IMG/VR virus record: IMGVR_UViG_3300025676_000014
Coordinates: 6,306 to 70,305 of that record
DNA from: a virus
Lineage: Duplodnaviria > Caudoviricetes
Length of the DNA: 64,000 nucleotides
Direction: 5' to 3' (one strand)
Shown here: positions 19,513-27,048 of the stretch, one piece after another
How the letters are laid out: every line of letters begins with the position of its first letter
Numbering within the stretch: position 1 is the first letter of the stretch
The notes under the pieces: model-generated
What the model was told of the DNA's origin: nothing
Seen by the model: the letters and a program-made list of their open reading frames with translations, nothing else
Database searches by the model: none
Position numbers and translations under genes: made by a program

Positions 19513-19632
19513 ATGAAAGTTAAAGCAAGAGTGAACAAGAAGGGGCTTATGGGCAGCGCGTCCCGTGAGCATAAAGTAAAGAAGGGCAAAGGGTCTTTCC
19601 GTCGCAGAAAAAAGCATCAGAAAGTTTTTTAA
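19513..19632 (+). CDS. ArfA-like ribosome-rescue peptide, 39 aa (not in the ORF track)
   Basis: MKVKARVNKKGLMGSASREHKVKKGKGSFRRRKKHQKVF; KKGKGS(F/Y).R..KH is the ArfA signature; ATG 6 nt after GAGAAT -10. Confidence 0.6.
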   Translation: MKVKARVNKKGLMGSASREHKVKKGKGSFRRRKKHQKVF

Positions 19633-19685
19633 TGCTTGCGTTAGCTTCAAGCCTATGATAGAATTAGAACAGTTAAGAGAACATT

Positions 19686-19880
19686 ATGAAAACCTACAAA
19701 ACCTACCAAGCGCGTAACGCCGTCAAGGCCGCGCAAGTCACCAACCACATCAAGGCCGCAAAAAAGAATGGTGTCGGCCACATCACCGCGAAGGCAGAGG
19801 CTTATCGCGTTTACAATATCAAGGCGGGCATCCCTTTGATTAAGCGAGGGCTTCAAGTCCGAGAGGGGGTGGCAAGTTGA
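19686..19880 (+). CDS. small basic hypothetical protein
   Basis: Follows promoter TTGCGT-17-TAGAAT. Confidence 0.55.
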   Translation: MKTYKTYQARNAVKAAQVTNHIKAAKKNGVGHITAKAEAYRVYNIKAGIPLIKRGLQVREGVAS

Positions 19881-20077
19881 AGGCCGTTATTGAAATTGAA
19901 TTGGGCAACTCAGCATTTGGCAGCAATGATGCCGAAAGATTATTTGAGATGCGGAACGTGCTTGAAAGGCTAATAGATAACGCTGACCGCATTATGGCGG
20001 CAGACGTTGGCGACTTCACAACCGCGCAAGACCACAACGGCAACACAGTTGCGAGAATGGACATCGTAGAGGATTAA
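19877..20077 (+). CDS. hypothetical protein
   Basis: I.IELGNSAF...E..R.L....D.....D.NGNTV pattern. Confidence 0.55.
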   Translation: MKAVIEIELGNSAFGSNDAERLFEMRNVLERLIDNADRIMAADVGDFTTAQDHNGNTVARMDIVED

Positions 20078-20080
20078 ATT

Positions 20081-20263
20081 ATGAGACAATTAAGAAAACC
20101 ATTTCAACACACACAAACACTTGTGATTGCAGAAGTAAGAGAACAAATCCAAGAGGACATCATTGCCTTTATTGATTCGGTTGTCCCTACGTCAAGTGAT
20201 GAGTATAGGAAAAACGCACTTTGCCAAATCGTAGTAGACAACTTTAAGAAATTGGAGGATTAA
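20081..20263 (+). CDS. hypothetical protein
   Basis: ATTATG start. Confidence 0.55.
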   Translation: MRQLRKPFQHTQTLVIAEVREQIQEDIIAFIDSVVPTSSDEYRKNALCQIVVDNFKKLED

Positions 20264-21285
20264 ATTATGAAAAAATGGTTAGTAACGAGAATAACTCATA
20301 CAACGATTGAAGTTGAATCGGAAACTGAACCCTTACAAGGTGATGATAAGTGGAAGTTTGAGGATGAACATCGCAAGGAACTTGAAGAAGAATATCGTAA
20401 TGTGGAGTGCGTAGATTGGGAAGTAACGGAATTGGAGGATTAAATGACAAAAAAAGAAACAAAACAAATCGACGCCACTTTAATGTGGGCAATCGTTGCC
20501 AGTAACAGAAATGCCGACAAGGGCAAACTATTAAGCGCGTTTGCCTTTGACATCAACCGAATCCGCTCAGGCAAAGAGCCGACAGCTACGAAGGAGTTGG
20601 TATAATGTACAGATACTTTAGAGCAACCTGTAACGAAGATGGCACAGAACCAGATGAAAGAACCATCATAGAGGTTCCCTCCCCAGCGGTAACTGGCGGG
20701 GTGGTTTTCGCTATCGGTATCTTGGTGGGTGTGATTGTAACAATCTTATTTAGATAACTATGAAACACACAGTAACAAACGGCCCATATGGTTTAATTAG
20801 AATTGGAGATATTTATTTCAATAGTAATGGAATCTTTAATCTAGAGGGCAAAAAGATTGGCACAAAGAAAGCAAAAAAGATTATAAAATTAGAGGACTTT
20901 GATTATGAACAAAACTAAAAACAAAATGACTAGAGCAATGAGCGCACACCTCGGTCTGCACCGCGTCAAGGGAGCCACCTCGGAGAAGGAAAGGAACTCG
21001 CCGAGAGCGGTTAGGAGGAGAGCGGAAAGACGAAATCGGGCAAGACGGTTGCGGTGAGGCTTTGATAAAAACGGAGAACTAATTAAATGACAACTAAATT
21101 CGGCCCATTAACAAAAGCGTTTTGCTTAAAGCGACCACGGTTCAGACTGTTGCGTTTGTGTTCTACCTGTGATGAGACGGTGAGCAAAGAGGGCAGCAAG
21201 AAATATGACTGTCCAAGGTTCTGTTCGTGTGAGGGAAATAGCGAGGTCAAAGCTTGGTTCAAGTGATAGAAATAGCAAATTAAAG

Positions 21286-21322
21286 CTTGACATCCCGCCG
21301 GGCTGCCCGGCCAAAAGTCAAG
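21286..21322. repeat. symmetric module copy 4
   Basis: CTTGAC-atccc-GCCGGGCTGCCCGGC-caaaa-GTCAAG. Confidence 0.9.
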
Positions 21323-21364
21323 AACAAAATGAAAAAAACTTTCTTCAATTTAACTAAAAAAAAG

Positions 21365-21440
21365 CTTGTACCTAGAGCAAGGGTATGGCATAATTAAAGA
21401 CCAGTGAGGGTAACACCTCCAACGATCTTTGAAACAATTT
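21365..21440 (+). promoter_or_regulatory. sigma70 promoter, hairpin and boxA-like antitermination leader of an RNA operon
   Basis: TTGTAC-17-CATAAT; GAGG-GTAACA-CCTC hairpin 21406-21419; GATCTTTGAAA 21424-21434. Confidence 0.6.
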
Positions 21441-21442
21441 AA

Positions 21443-21580
21443 GCCACGGAAGTTGGTGCTGTTAAATGAAACGCAGCAGTCTTAAAGCCGAAAGCAGTTA
21501 CCTCTGGGGAGATATCCCAAACAAGGAGACTAGCTGGGAGTCGTAAGTCTTGGGGGCGGGGTTCGAATCCTCAACGTGGC
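21443..21580 (+). ncRNA. tRNA-like structured RNA (unit 1, 138 nt), not a canonical tRNA
   Basis: GCCACG/CGTGGC terminal helix, T-loop GGTTCGAATCC 21560-21570, TGCTG/CAGCA and AGTCT/AGACT helices. Confidence 0.65.
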
Positions 21581-21588
21581 AACAATTT

Positions 21589-21669
21589 ACTGGGAGGCGA
21601 AACACAGCCTTGGCAAGCCTAACGCAGCAAACGGGATACGCGTCCTGTTAGGGGCGAGGAAGCACCAGT
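21589..21669 (+). ncRNA. structured RNA unit 2
   Basis: ACTGG/CCAGT closing helix, AGGC/GCCT and CCTAAC/GTTAGG hairpins, AACAATTT linkers on both sides. Confidence 0.5.
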
Positions 21670-21679
21670 ATAACAATTT

Positions 21680-21901
21680 GGAGCATCGACGGATGTTCCA
21701 TCGGAGCGTAGTCTAATAATGGTTTGCAAGAGCCATAGGACACCGAAACAAAAAGCAGGAGATTATCAATCTCTGGGAGCCTAGTAGCACAGTTCGCGAG
21801 GACGCAGCTATGAAGTAAGTAGGGTACGAAGTACGTAGGGAAACTGAACTTTATCAGGCCCCGAAAGTAGTTGCAGGTAATAAAGAAATCCTGTCGTTCC
21901 A
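21680..21901 (+). ncRNA. structured RNA unit 3 (approx. 220 nt)
   Basis: Ends complementary (GGAG..CGACGG / CTGTCG.TTCC); internal hairpins GGAGCATC/GATGTTCC, ATGGTT/AGCCAT, GAGAT/ATCTC; no credible plus-strand ORF. Confidence 0.5.
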
Positions 21902-21959
21902 TTAATTTAGTAACAAAAAAAGCTTGCCACAGGGGCAAGGGTATGATAGGATTAGAACA

Positions 21960-22328
21960 ATGAAAGCAATAAAAATCGACGCGACCAACAGAACCATCAC
22001 CGAAGTCCAATACGATGACTTCAGAGACATTCAACGCCACATCGGCTGTGATACCTTCAGCCAAGGTATGCCCTTGCCAGAGGGTGATGTGCTTTGGGTA
22101 GACGATTGCGGTTGGATGACCGCCAAAAAGGCATTCACCTTTATGGGCAACGTGTTCGCTGGCAACGGGCTTATCACTGGCAGCGATGGGGATGGTGGGG
22201 GGAAGGATTGTCTTTGCAATGTTATGGCTGGTCAGCTTATGGCCAAGTTTATGGCAGGGGAAAAAGAAATCACTGACGATATGCGTGAACGAGCATTTGA
22301 CTCTTGGACAGTAACGGAGATTGAATAA
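21960..22328 (+). CDS. DUF3846-like phage protein (leaderless start)
   Basis: MKAIKIDA..RTITEV, IQ..IGC, VLWVDD.G, FAGNGLITG. Confidence 0.65.
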   Translation: MKAIKIDATNRTITEVQYDDFRDIQRHIGCDTFSQGMPLPEGDVLWVDDCGWMTAKKAFTFMGNVFAGNGLITGSDGDGGGKDCLCNVMAGQLMAKFMAGEKEITDDMRERAFDSWTVTEIE

Positions 22329-22890
22329 TATGAAAAACCTACTAGATACCGTATTGGGCACAGCATCGACTGTGATGATTGCCGCCGCTATTGCTTACGC
22401 GCTTCTATGCGCTGGGGCTTATAGCCTAACGGCAGCAGAGCAACCACTAACCAAAGATGAGCAAACCATTTCTGTCACTCTAATGGGTGAAGCGCGTGGA
22501 GAAAAGAGTTTCGGTATGTATGCCGTTGCTTGTGTGATTCAAAAACGAGCAGACGAGCGTGAGTTGACTCCCGCCCAAGTGTGCAGGGAAAAATGGCAAT
22601 TCTCTTGCTGGAACAAAGGGCAGGAAAAGTATCTCAACCTAATGAAGCGGCTACTCAAGGCGAACACGGTAGAAGCGCGATATGCAAAGCAGTTGGCGCG
22701 AGCCATTTGTGCGGGTGGTCGATTGATTCACAGCTTCACTGGCGACGCTAATCATTATTATAGCACGAAAGCAATGTCGGAACCGCCTTACTGGGCTTAT
22801 AAGACTATTAAAAGAAAAAACCAAGTACCCATCAAAGTACGCATCACCCCAAGCCGAATCATTGGAAACCACGCATTTTACAAACTCTAG
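22321..22890 (+). CDS. cell wall hydrolase, SleB / Hydrolase_2 family
   Basis: TLMGEARGE, MYAVACVI.KR, KWQFSCWN, HYY, IGNHAFY; N-terminal TM/signal segment. Confidence 0.85.
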   Translation: MNNMKNLLDTVLGTASTVMIAAAIAYALLCAGAYSLTAAEQPLTKDEQTISVTLMGEARGEKSFGMYAVACVIQKRADERELTPAQVCREKWQFSCWNKGQEKYLNLMKRLLKANTVEARYAKQLARAICAGGRLIHSFTGDANHYYSTKAMSEPPYWAYKTIKRKNQVPIKVRITPSRIIGNHAFYKL

Positions 22891-22963
22891 AAAACTGAAG
22901 GCTAAAGCGAAACTCAACTAATAAGGGAAAACTGAAGGCTAAAGCGAAACCTCGCTAATAAGG
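22890..22963 (+). repeat. 37-bp tandem duplication
   Basis: GAAAACTGAAGGCTAAAGCGAAAC-(TCAA/CTCG)-CTAATAAGG twice. Confidence 0.85.
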
Positions 22964-22980
22964 AGAGGGGAAAGAAAAAG

Positions 22981-23045
22981 CTTGACATCCTGCCGGGCTG
23001 CCCGGCCAAAAAGTCAAGACAAAGTTATGCCCAACGTGTTAATAA
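22981..23045. repeat. symmetric module copy 5
   Basis: CTTGAC-N5-core-N6-GTCAAG-N6-TTATGCCCA-acg-TGTTAATAA. Confidence 0.88.
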
Positions 23046-23097
23046 CTTCGTGAATTTAATTCTTGCAATCTCGCGGGATTTATGGTTTAATATACGT

Positions 23098-23340
23098 ATG
23101 TTGAAAATGAACGTGACCCTTAAAGCCAACGACCAAGCCACCCGCCGCACCCGTAACCGCATCGCGGAACACGGCCCAGACTTTCGGGCGGTGAAGTCGG
23201 GCAATTGTCCTGACTTGGGCAGCGATTTGCATTTGCTTGTTCGCTCGCAGGATGGCTGGCTTGGTTGGTTGCCTTGGAATGAAGTCAACTGGCAGCACGT
23301 ACAGGGTAAGGATTTCGCGCTGGTATTAGGGTGTGAATAA
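23098..23340 (+). CDS. hypothetical protein (leaderless start)
   Basis: ATG 6 nt after TTTAAT; TTGCAA -35. Confidence 0.6.
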   Translation: MLKMNVTLKANDQATRRTRNRIAEHGPDFRAVKSGNCPDLGSDLHLLVRSQDGWLGWLPWNEVNWQHVQGKDFALVLGCE

Positions 23341-23547
23341 CTTTTTAAATTAGTGCTTTACTTTCCTAGTTTTTTCTGTTATACTATAAGCATAGAAAGT
23401 GAGAGACCAAACGATGTAAAATTAACCAAAAGACTCAGTCATCCAGCGAGGTGACCACAATTTTTACCGCCCAGCGTGGACTGACAGGATCTGAAGCGCA
23501 GGACAAGGCCAGTTGTGGGGCTGAGTACCACGACACAATTTTAAATT

Positions 23548-23778
23548 ATGAACGACAACAACAACCACGACGCTCGCATCTCTTGCGAGGAAATCTACAC
23601 CGAGGATATGGGGCCAGCGACTTGGGCCAACGAGCCTGAGCCTACCACGCACAAGGAGGCCTATGGACGCTGCGAGGACGCGCCTTGCTGCGGTTGCTGC
23701 GGCAACTACGAGGAGGACGGCTATGGCTCCCCCGCCGATGACGCTTGGCACGACGCCAACGAGTACCCCGAATGGTAG
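23548..23778 (+). CDS. small acidic Cys-cluster protein
   Basis: RCEDAPCCGCCG motif. Confidence 0.6.
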   Translation: MNDNNNHDARISCEEIYTEDMGPATWANEPEPTTHKEAYGRCEDAPCCGCCGNYEEDGYGSPADDAWHDANEYPEW

Positions 23779-23781
23779 GGG

Positions 23782-23843
23782 TGTGAATAACTTCTTTGAT
23801 TTAAGGGTTGACATTTGGCCGGGCAGCCCGGCGGTTTGTCAAG
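23782..23843. repeat. symmetric module copy 6 at the convergence point of plus and minus blocks
   Basis: TGTGAATAA-N16-GTTGAC-atttg-GCCGGGCAGCCCGGC-ggttt-GTCAAG. Confidence 0.88.
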
Positions 23844-23851
23844 AACAAAGT

Positions 23852-24388
23852 TTAGTTTTTACAATATTCTTTTGGCACTTGCGCCCAGCATTCTCTTGCG
23901 ATAATAACTTTGCGAGCGATATAAATAGGATCAATGCGCGTGCTTAAACGCGCGGGGTTTATTTTGTCACCCTTATAGTGGGTGAAGCTCACGAAGTTAC
24001 GATAGACCTTGGGATCATAAGTGATCTGTTTCCACTCATAGCCTTCCCTGACATCCATTTCCCGATGCTTCAAGGATTGAGCGGCGGCGGTAGCGTGATC
24101 CAATTCCTCTTCGTCCATATCGTCGTGACGCCACACAGCATTGATGATGCACCCACGAATGACCGCGTGAACATTCTTGCGGCCTTCATCCCGCACACGC
24201 TGGTTGCCCTTTGGCCCGACAGCAAACTTCACGGGGTACTTGGTATTGCCATCCATAACAACGCATAGGGCAGTACCTTCGACAAGGCCATTCTTACGCA
24301 CGGAGTAAACCACTTCGTCGCGATAGCGCAGATTTCGATAAACTTCGCGCCCGAACGTTTTGATTGCGTCTTTTAATGTGAAAGGCAT
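23852..24388 (-). CDS. conserved phage hypothetical protein
   Basis: VYRNL...YSVR..GLV, F.V...G..RVR.EGRKNVHA.IRG, ITYDP..Y..F pattern. Confidence 0.65.
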   Translation of the reverse strand: MPFTLKDAIKTFGREVYRNLRYRDEVVYSVRKNGLVEGTALCVVMDGNTKYPVKFAVGPKGNQRVRDEGRKNVHAVIRGCIINAVWRHDDMDEEELDHATAAAQSLKHREMDVREGYEWKQITYDPKVYRNFVSFTHYKGDKINPARLSTRIDPIYIARKVIIARECWAQVPKEYCKN

Positions 24389-24394
24389 AATGTT

Positions 24395-24622
24395 TTAACT
24401 CACTTTCGAACGGTCAACGTAAACGTCGATTTCGTTTTCTGTTAGTTCTAACTCTTCACCGTCTTGGTCAATCACAACCACGGTGTCAAATTCTGTGATT
24501 TCATCAACTATCATTAGTTGCATTCCTACGCGAACTTCGTCGCCTACTTTTACTTGTTGGTTTTCTATTGTCATAATCTTTAATCGTTTACTGTGTATAG
24601 TATAGCACACTGGGTGGGACAT
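24395..24622 (-). CDS. small acidic SH3-like hypothetical protein (start probably at MTIEN)
   Basis: VKVGDEVRVG..LMIVDEI. Confidence 0.5.
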   Translation of the reverse strand: MSHPVCYTIHSKRLKIMTIENQQVKVGDEVRVGMQLMIVDEITEFDTVVVIDQDGEELELTENEIDVYVDRSKVS

Positions 24623-24634
24623 TTGCCGTCCTAC
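24614..24634 (-). promoter_or_regulatory. palindrome class-II promoter element, copy a
   Basis: GTGGGAC-atttgcc-GTCCTAC, 9 nt from TGC-TATACT on the minus strand. Confidence 0.7.
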
Positions 24635-25083
24635 CTATCAAATTCTTTTTGGTCTTCACTCACTAGCTCACCCAGTTCGCCAAGCCCTTCGAGGTTGCGT
24701 GGGTCATTGTCTACCAGCTTGCGAGTCAACTCGCGCACGAGGGCTTGCTTCTTTGCCACTACGCTCTTGCTGCTGACCTTAGCCCAATCGGCGGGTTGGT
24801 TGATGTCTACGCCTACGGTGAACACGTTGCGGACATTGAAACCGAGCATCGACAGGGCGAGGCGAATGAACGGCGCGCTTAAGTCTCCGCGAGCGGTTAA
24901 GATGTCAAACGCTTTGCCGCTATCGCGAACCAGCACGCCCAATGGGGTGAGATCCTCTTCCTCTAGGTTAAGGATCGCGCTAGGGTTGGTGAAATCAAAC
25001 AAACGCTTGGAGCCGCGCACCTCTTTGATGAGGGTTCCGTCTAAGTCGAATAAGGGTTTTAAAATGTCGTTCTTAACTTTCAT
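24631..25083 (-). CDS. HAD-like domain protein (leaderless start)
   Basis: LFDLDGTL, ILTARG, VDND HAD motifs. Confidence 0.6.
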   Translation of the reverse strand: MKVKNDILKPLFDLDGTLIKEVRGSKRLFDFTNPSAILNLEEEDLTPLGVLVRDSGKAFDILTARGDLSAPFIRLALSMLGFNVRNVFTVGVDINQPADWAKVSSKSVVAKKQALVRELTRKLVDNDPRNLEGLGELGELVSEDQKEFDR

Positions 25084-25227
25084 TACGAATAGTATAACTG
25101 AAAAAAACGAAAAAGTCGAGAACCAATTGTGTCATAAAAAAGAAAGTTTTTTCACTTTAGCCTTGACATTTGGCCGGGCAGCCCGGCTACTTGTCAAGGA
25201 AAAGTTATTCACATCTGCCGTCCTACC
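25080..25227 (-). repeat. symmetric module copy 7 plus duplicated approx. 110-bp promoter head
   Basis: CTTGAC 25162, core 25173-25187, GTCAAG, N6, TTATTCACA 25205; near-identical to 25738-25844. Confidence 0.9.
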
Positions 25228-25318
25228 TTGTGACTTTCTTTTTCTTATCGTCTGCGTGGTTGTGGTCGGCTTGCTTTGCTCGTCGGGCTTATCATTATCG
25301 TTTTCGTTTTCATATTCT

Positions 25319-25486
25319 TTACTTCCAGCAATCACTTTCGTCAATTTCAAAATTCCAAGCGTCTTGGTCGTGGTCTCGGCAGTCATTGCCGAAGCTATCG
25401 TTTCGGACACCTGTAAAAGTTTCGTCTTCGTCGCTGTGCCAACCTCTGAAGGTTAGCTCGTTTGTGTTTTCATTTTTGTTTTTCAT
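25319..25486 (-). CDS. small acidic protein, 55 aa (not in the ORF track)
   Basis: MKNKNENTNELTFRGWHSDEDETF...DCWK downstream of a class-II promoter. Confidence 0.5.
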   Translation of the reverse strand: MKNKNENTNELTFRGWHSDEDETFTGVRNDSFGNDCRDHDQDAWNFEIDESDCWK

Positions 25487-25525
25487 AATCTTTATCTTCT
25501 AACTGCGTCTAGTATAGCATACGAG

Positions 25526-25546
25526 GTGGGACATCTGCCGTCCTAC
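25526..25546 (-). promoter_or_regulatory. palindrome class-II promoter element, copy c
   Basis: GTGGGAC-atctgcc-GTCCTAC, 9 nt from TGC-TATACT. Confidence 0.7.
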
Positions 25547-25740
25547 CTGTTAAATTCTTTGAATCTTTCAAATCGTCCTTCCATCGGCTGAACCCTTGTG
25601 GTTCCCCATTTCTTTTTGGCAATCCGCTTGGCGTGTGCCAAGTCAAATGCCTTGATGTGGGTGGTGGTGGTAGTGCCATCGCTCCACGTGGCAATTCTTA
25701 CTTCAAAAAGTTCGTCTTTCATTTCGTCTTTCATTTTCAT
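25543..25740 (-). CDS. hypothetical protein
   Basis: HIKAFDLAHAKRIAKK; shares an A.D..HA..IA motif with 28420-28632. Confidence 0.55.
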   Translation of the reverse strand: MKMKDEMKDELFEVRIATWSDGTTTTTHIKAFDLAHAKRIAKKKWGTTRVQPMEGRFERFKEFNR

Positions 25741-25858
25741 TACGAATAGTATACCTGAAAAAATCGTAAAAGTCGATCACCAATTGTGTCATAAAAAAGA
25801 AAGTTTTTTCACTTTAGCCTTGACATTTGGCCGGGCAGCCCGGCAGCCTGTTGTCAAG
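25738..25858 (-). repeat. symmetric module copy 8 plus duplicated promoter head
   Basis: CTTGAC 25819, core 25830-25844, GTCAAG 25853. Confidence 0.9.
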
Positions 25859-25946
25859 CTTTATTTTTGCATTTAATCGCGCCAGATGTAGTCGTCAACG
25901 TTCCAGCCTAGTATTATAATGGCGGCAATAAGTATTAAGATAATCA

Positions 25947-26213
25947 TTATGCCTCCACCATATCAAATGCGAATGTCTCACCTTCGTCGCTTGAGTAAAT
26001 CTCAAACAGATTCTTGGTGATAGGGTTCCACACTTGCACTGTTTCAAGGCTCGCGCCTTCGTCATCAAATGAATGCCAATTCATAATGTGATACGTTCCC
26101 ATTGCGATAGGGTGCTTCACCCGCTTGTCAGTGCTGCGTCTGTGTAACGTCACCTTGCCTTGGCTCAAGTTGTTGGCATCGGTGTCTTCGTAGGTTGCTT
26201 CGTACTGTTTCAT
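25947..26213 (-). CDS. hypothetical protein
   Basis: co-oriented ORF. Confidence 0.55.
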   Translation of the reverse strand: MKQYEATYEDTDANNLSQGKVTLHRRSTDKRVKHPIAMGTYHIMNWHSFDDEGASLETVQVWNPITKNLFEIYSSDEGETFAFDMVEA

Positions 26214-26216
26214 AAT

Positions 26217-26483
26217 CTAGTCTCTGTCTCTGATGTCGTTGCCTTCATCATCATTATAATAACCTTCCACGTTCCAAAGTTTATCATAGTCAACCTTTGG
26301 ATATGCGACTTTGCCTTGCGGCGTGTCGTAGTGTGTTTGTTTGTTCACACCTTTGGCGTAAATCTCTTGAGCCAGTAGCTCCATCTTTTTGTTATATGTC
26401 ATACTCATAATTTTAAATCTCTTACATTTCCGAATAAGTGCCATCGTAGCAGCTTGGCTCATAAGCCTCTGGCTGCGCGTCAT
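26217..26483 (-). CDS. hypothetical protein
   Basis: co-oriented ORF. Confidence 0.5.
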   Translation of the reverse strand: MTRSQRLMSQAATMALIRKCKRFKIMSMTYNKKMELLAQEIYAKGVNKQTHYDTPQGKVAYPKVDYDKLWNVEGYYNDDEGNDIRDRD

Positions 26484-26715
26484 ACCAAAACTCTTCGGAG
26501 GTGGGCATCATATCTGAAAAGTTATCCTCGATTTTTTGAGTGCTCTCCTGCACTTCGGATATGTCAAAAATGTAATGGTTTGCCGACTTGGCTCTTGCGG
26601 TGGCAATCTCCAAGGTTGGGGCTTCGATGATGTAATTTCCGAGCTGGCCATAACGGCCTTCGGTTTCTACGTTGAAGGTTTTTATTTTGTTTTTCATATC
26701 TGTTTCAATTATCAT
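26422..26715 (-). CDS. hypothetical protein beginning MIIETDMK (leaderless)
   Basis: ATG 6 nt after TATAAT; first 8 codons identical to 28420-28632. Confidence 0.6.
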   Translation of the reverse strand: MIIETDMKNKIKTFNVETEGRYGQLGNYIIEAPTLEIATARAKSANHYIFDISEVQESTQKIEDNFSDMMPTSEEFWYDAQPEAYEPSCYDGTYSEM

Positions 26716-26736
26716 AAGTCTATTATAGCATAGAGG

Positions 26737-26757
26737 GTGGGACATCTGCCGTCCTAC
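26737..26757 (-). promoter_or_regulatory. palindrome class-II promoter element, copy d
   Basis: GTGGGAC-atctgcc-GTCCTAC, 9 nt from TGC-TATAAT. Confidence 0.72.
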
Positions 26758-26968
26758 CCTTTAACTTTCGCAAACCTCAACCCACTCATCTTCTTCGTTG
26801 GTTGCGGGGTGAACGGTAACCTCGAAAGGCCCGAATGTGAATGTCTCTTCTCTGTTGTTTTCTTCGTTCATAATCTTGTTTCTCTCACTCTCAATATAAA
26901 GATTGTATCACAGAAAAACAGAAAAGTCGAGCACAAACCAGGTAAGTTATTAACATTTATTTTGCTAT

Positions 26969-27035
26969 TGTGAGTATTTAGTTCTTGACATTTGGCCGGG
27001 CAGCCCGGCGGCCTGTCAAGGAAAAGTTATTAACA
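26969..27035. repeat. symmetric module copy 9, complete 67 bp
   Basis: TGTGAGTAT-N6-CTTGAC-atttg-core-ggcct-GTCAAG-N6-TTATTAACA. Confidence 0.9.
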
Positions 27036-27048
27036 GTCTTCGGGGTTT

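Noticed and set aside
21443-21580. tmRNA or canonical tRNA
   Set aside because: Too short for tmRNA with no G3:U70 pair or tag ORF; too long for a tRNA with no 7-nt anticodon loop and no CCA
21648-22361. 237-aa minus-strand ORF
   Set aside because: Antisense to the structured RNA and the DUF3846-like gene, with no motif or promoter; treated as a shadow ORF
22890-22963. Hammerhead ribozyme (CTGAAG...GAAAC resembles the core)
   Set aside because: The conserved A9 of CUGANGA is missing, and I found no stem I/III or NUH cleavage triplet
24593-25502. 287-aa and 110-aa plus-strand ORFs
   Set aside because: They run antisense through promoter repeats and better-supported minus-strand genes
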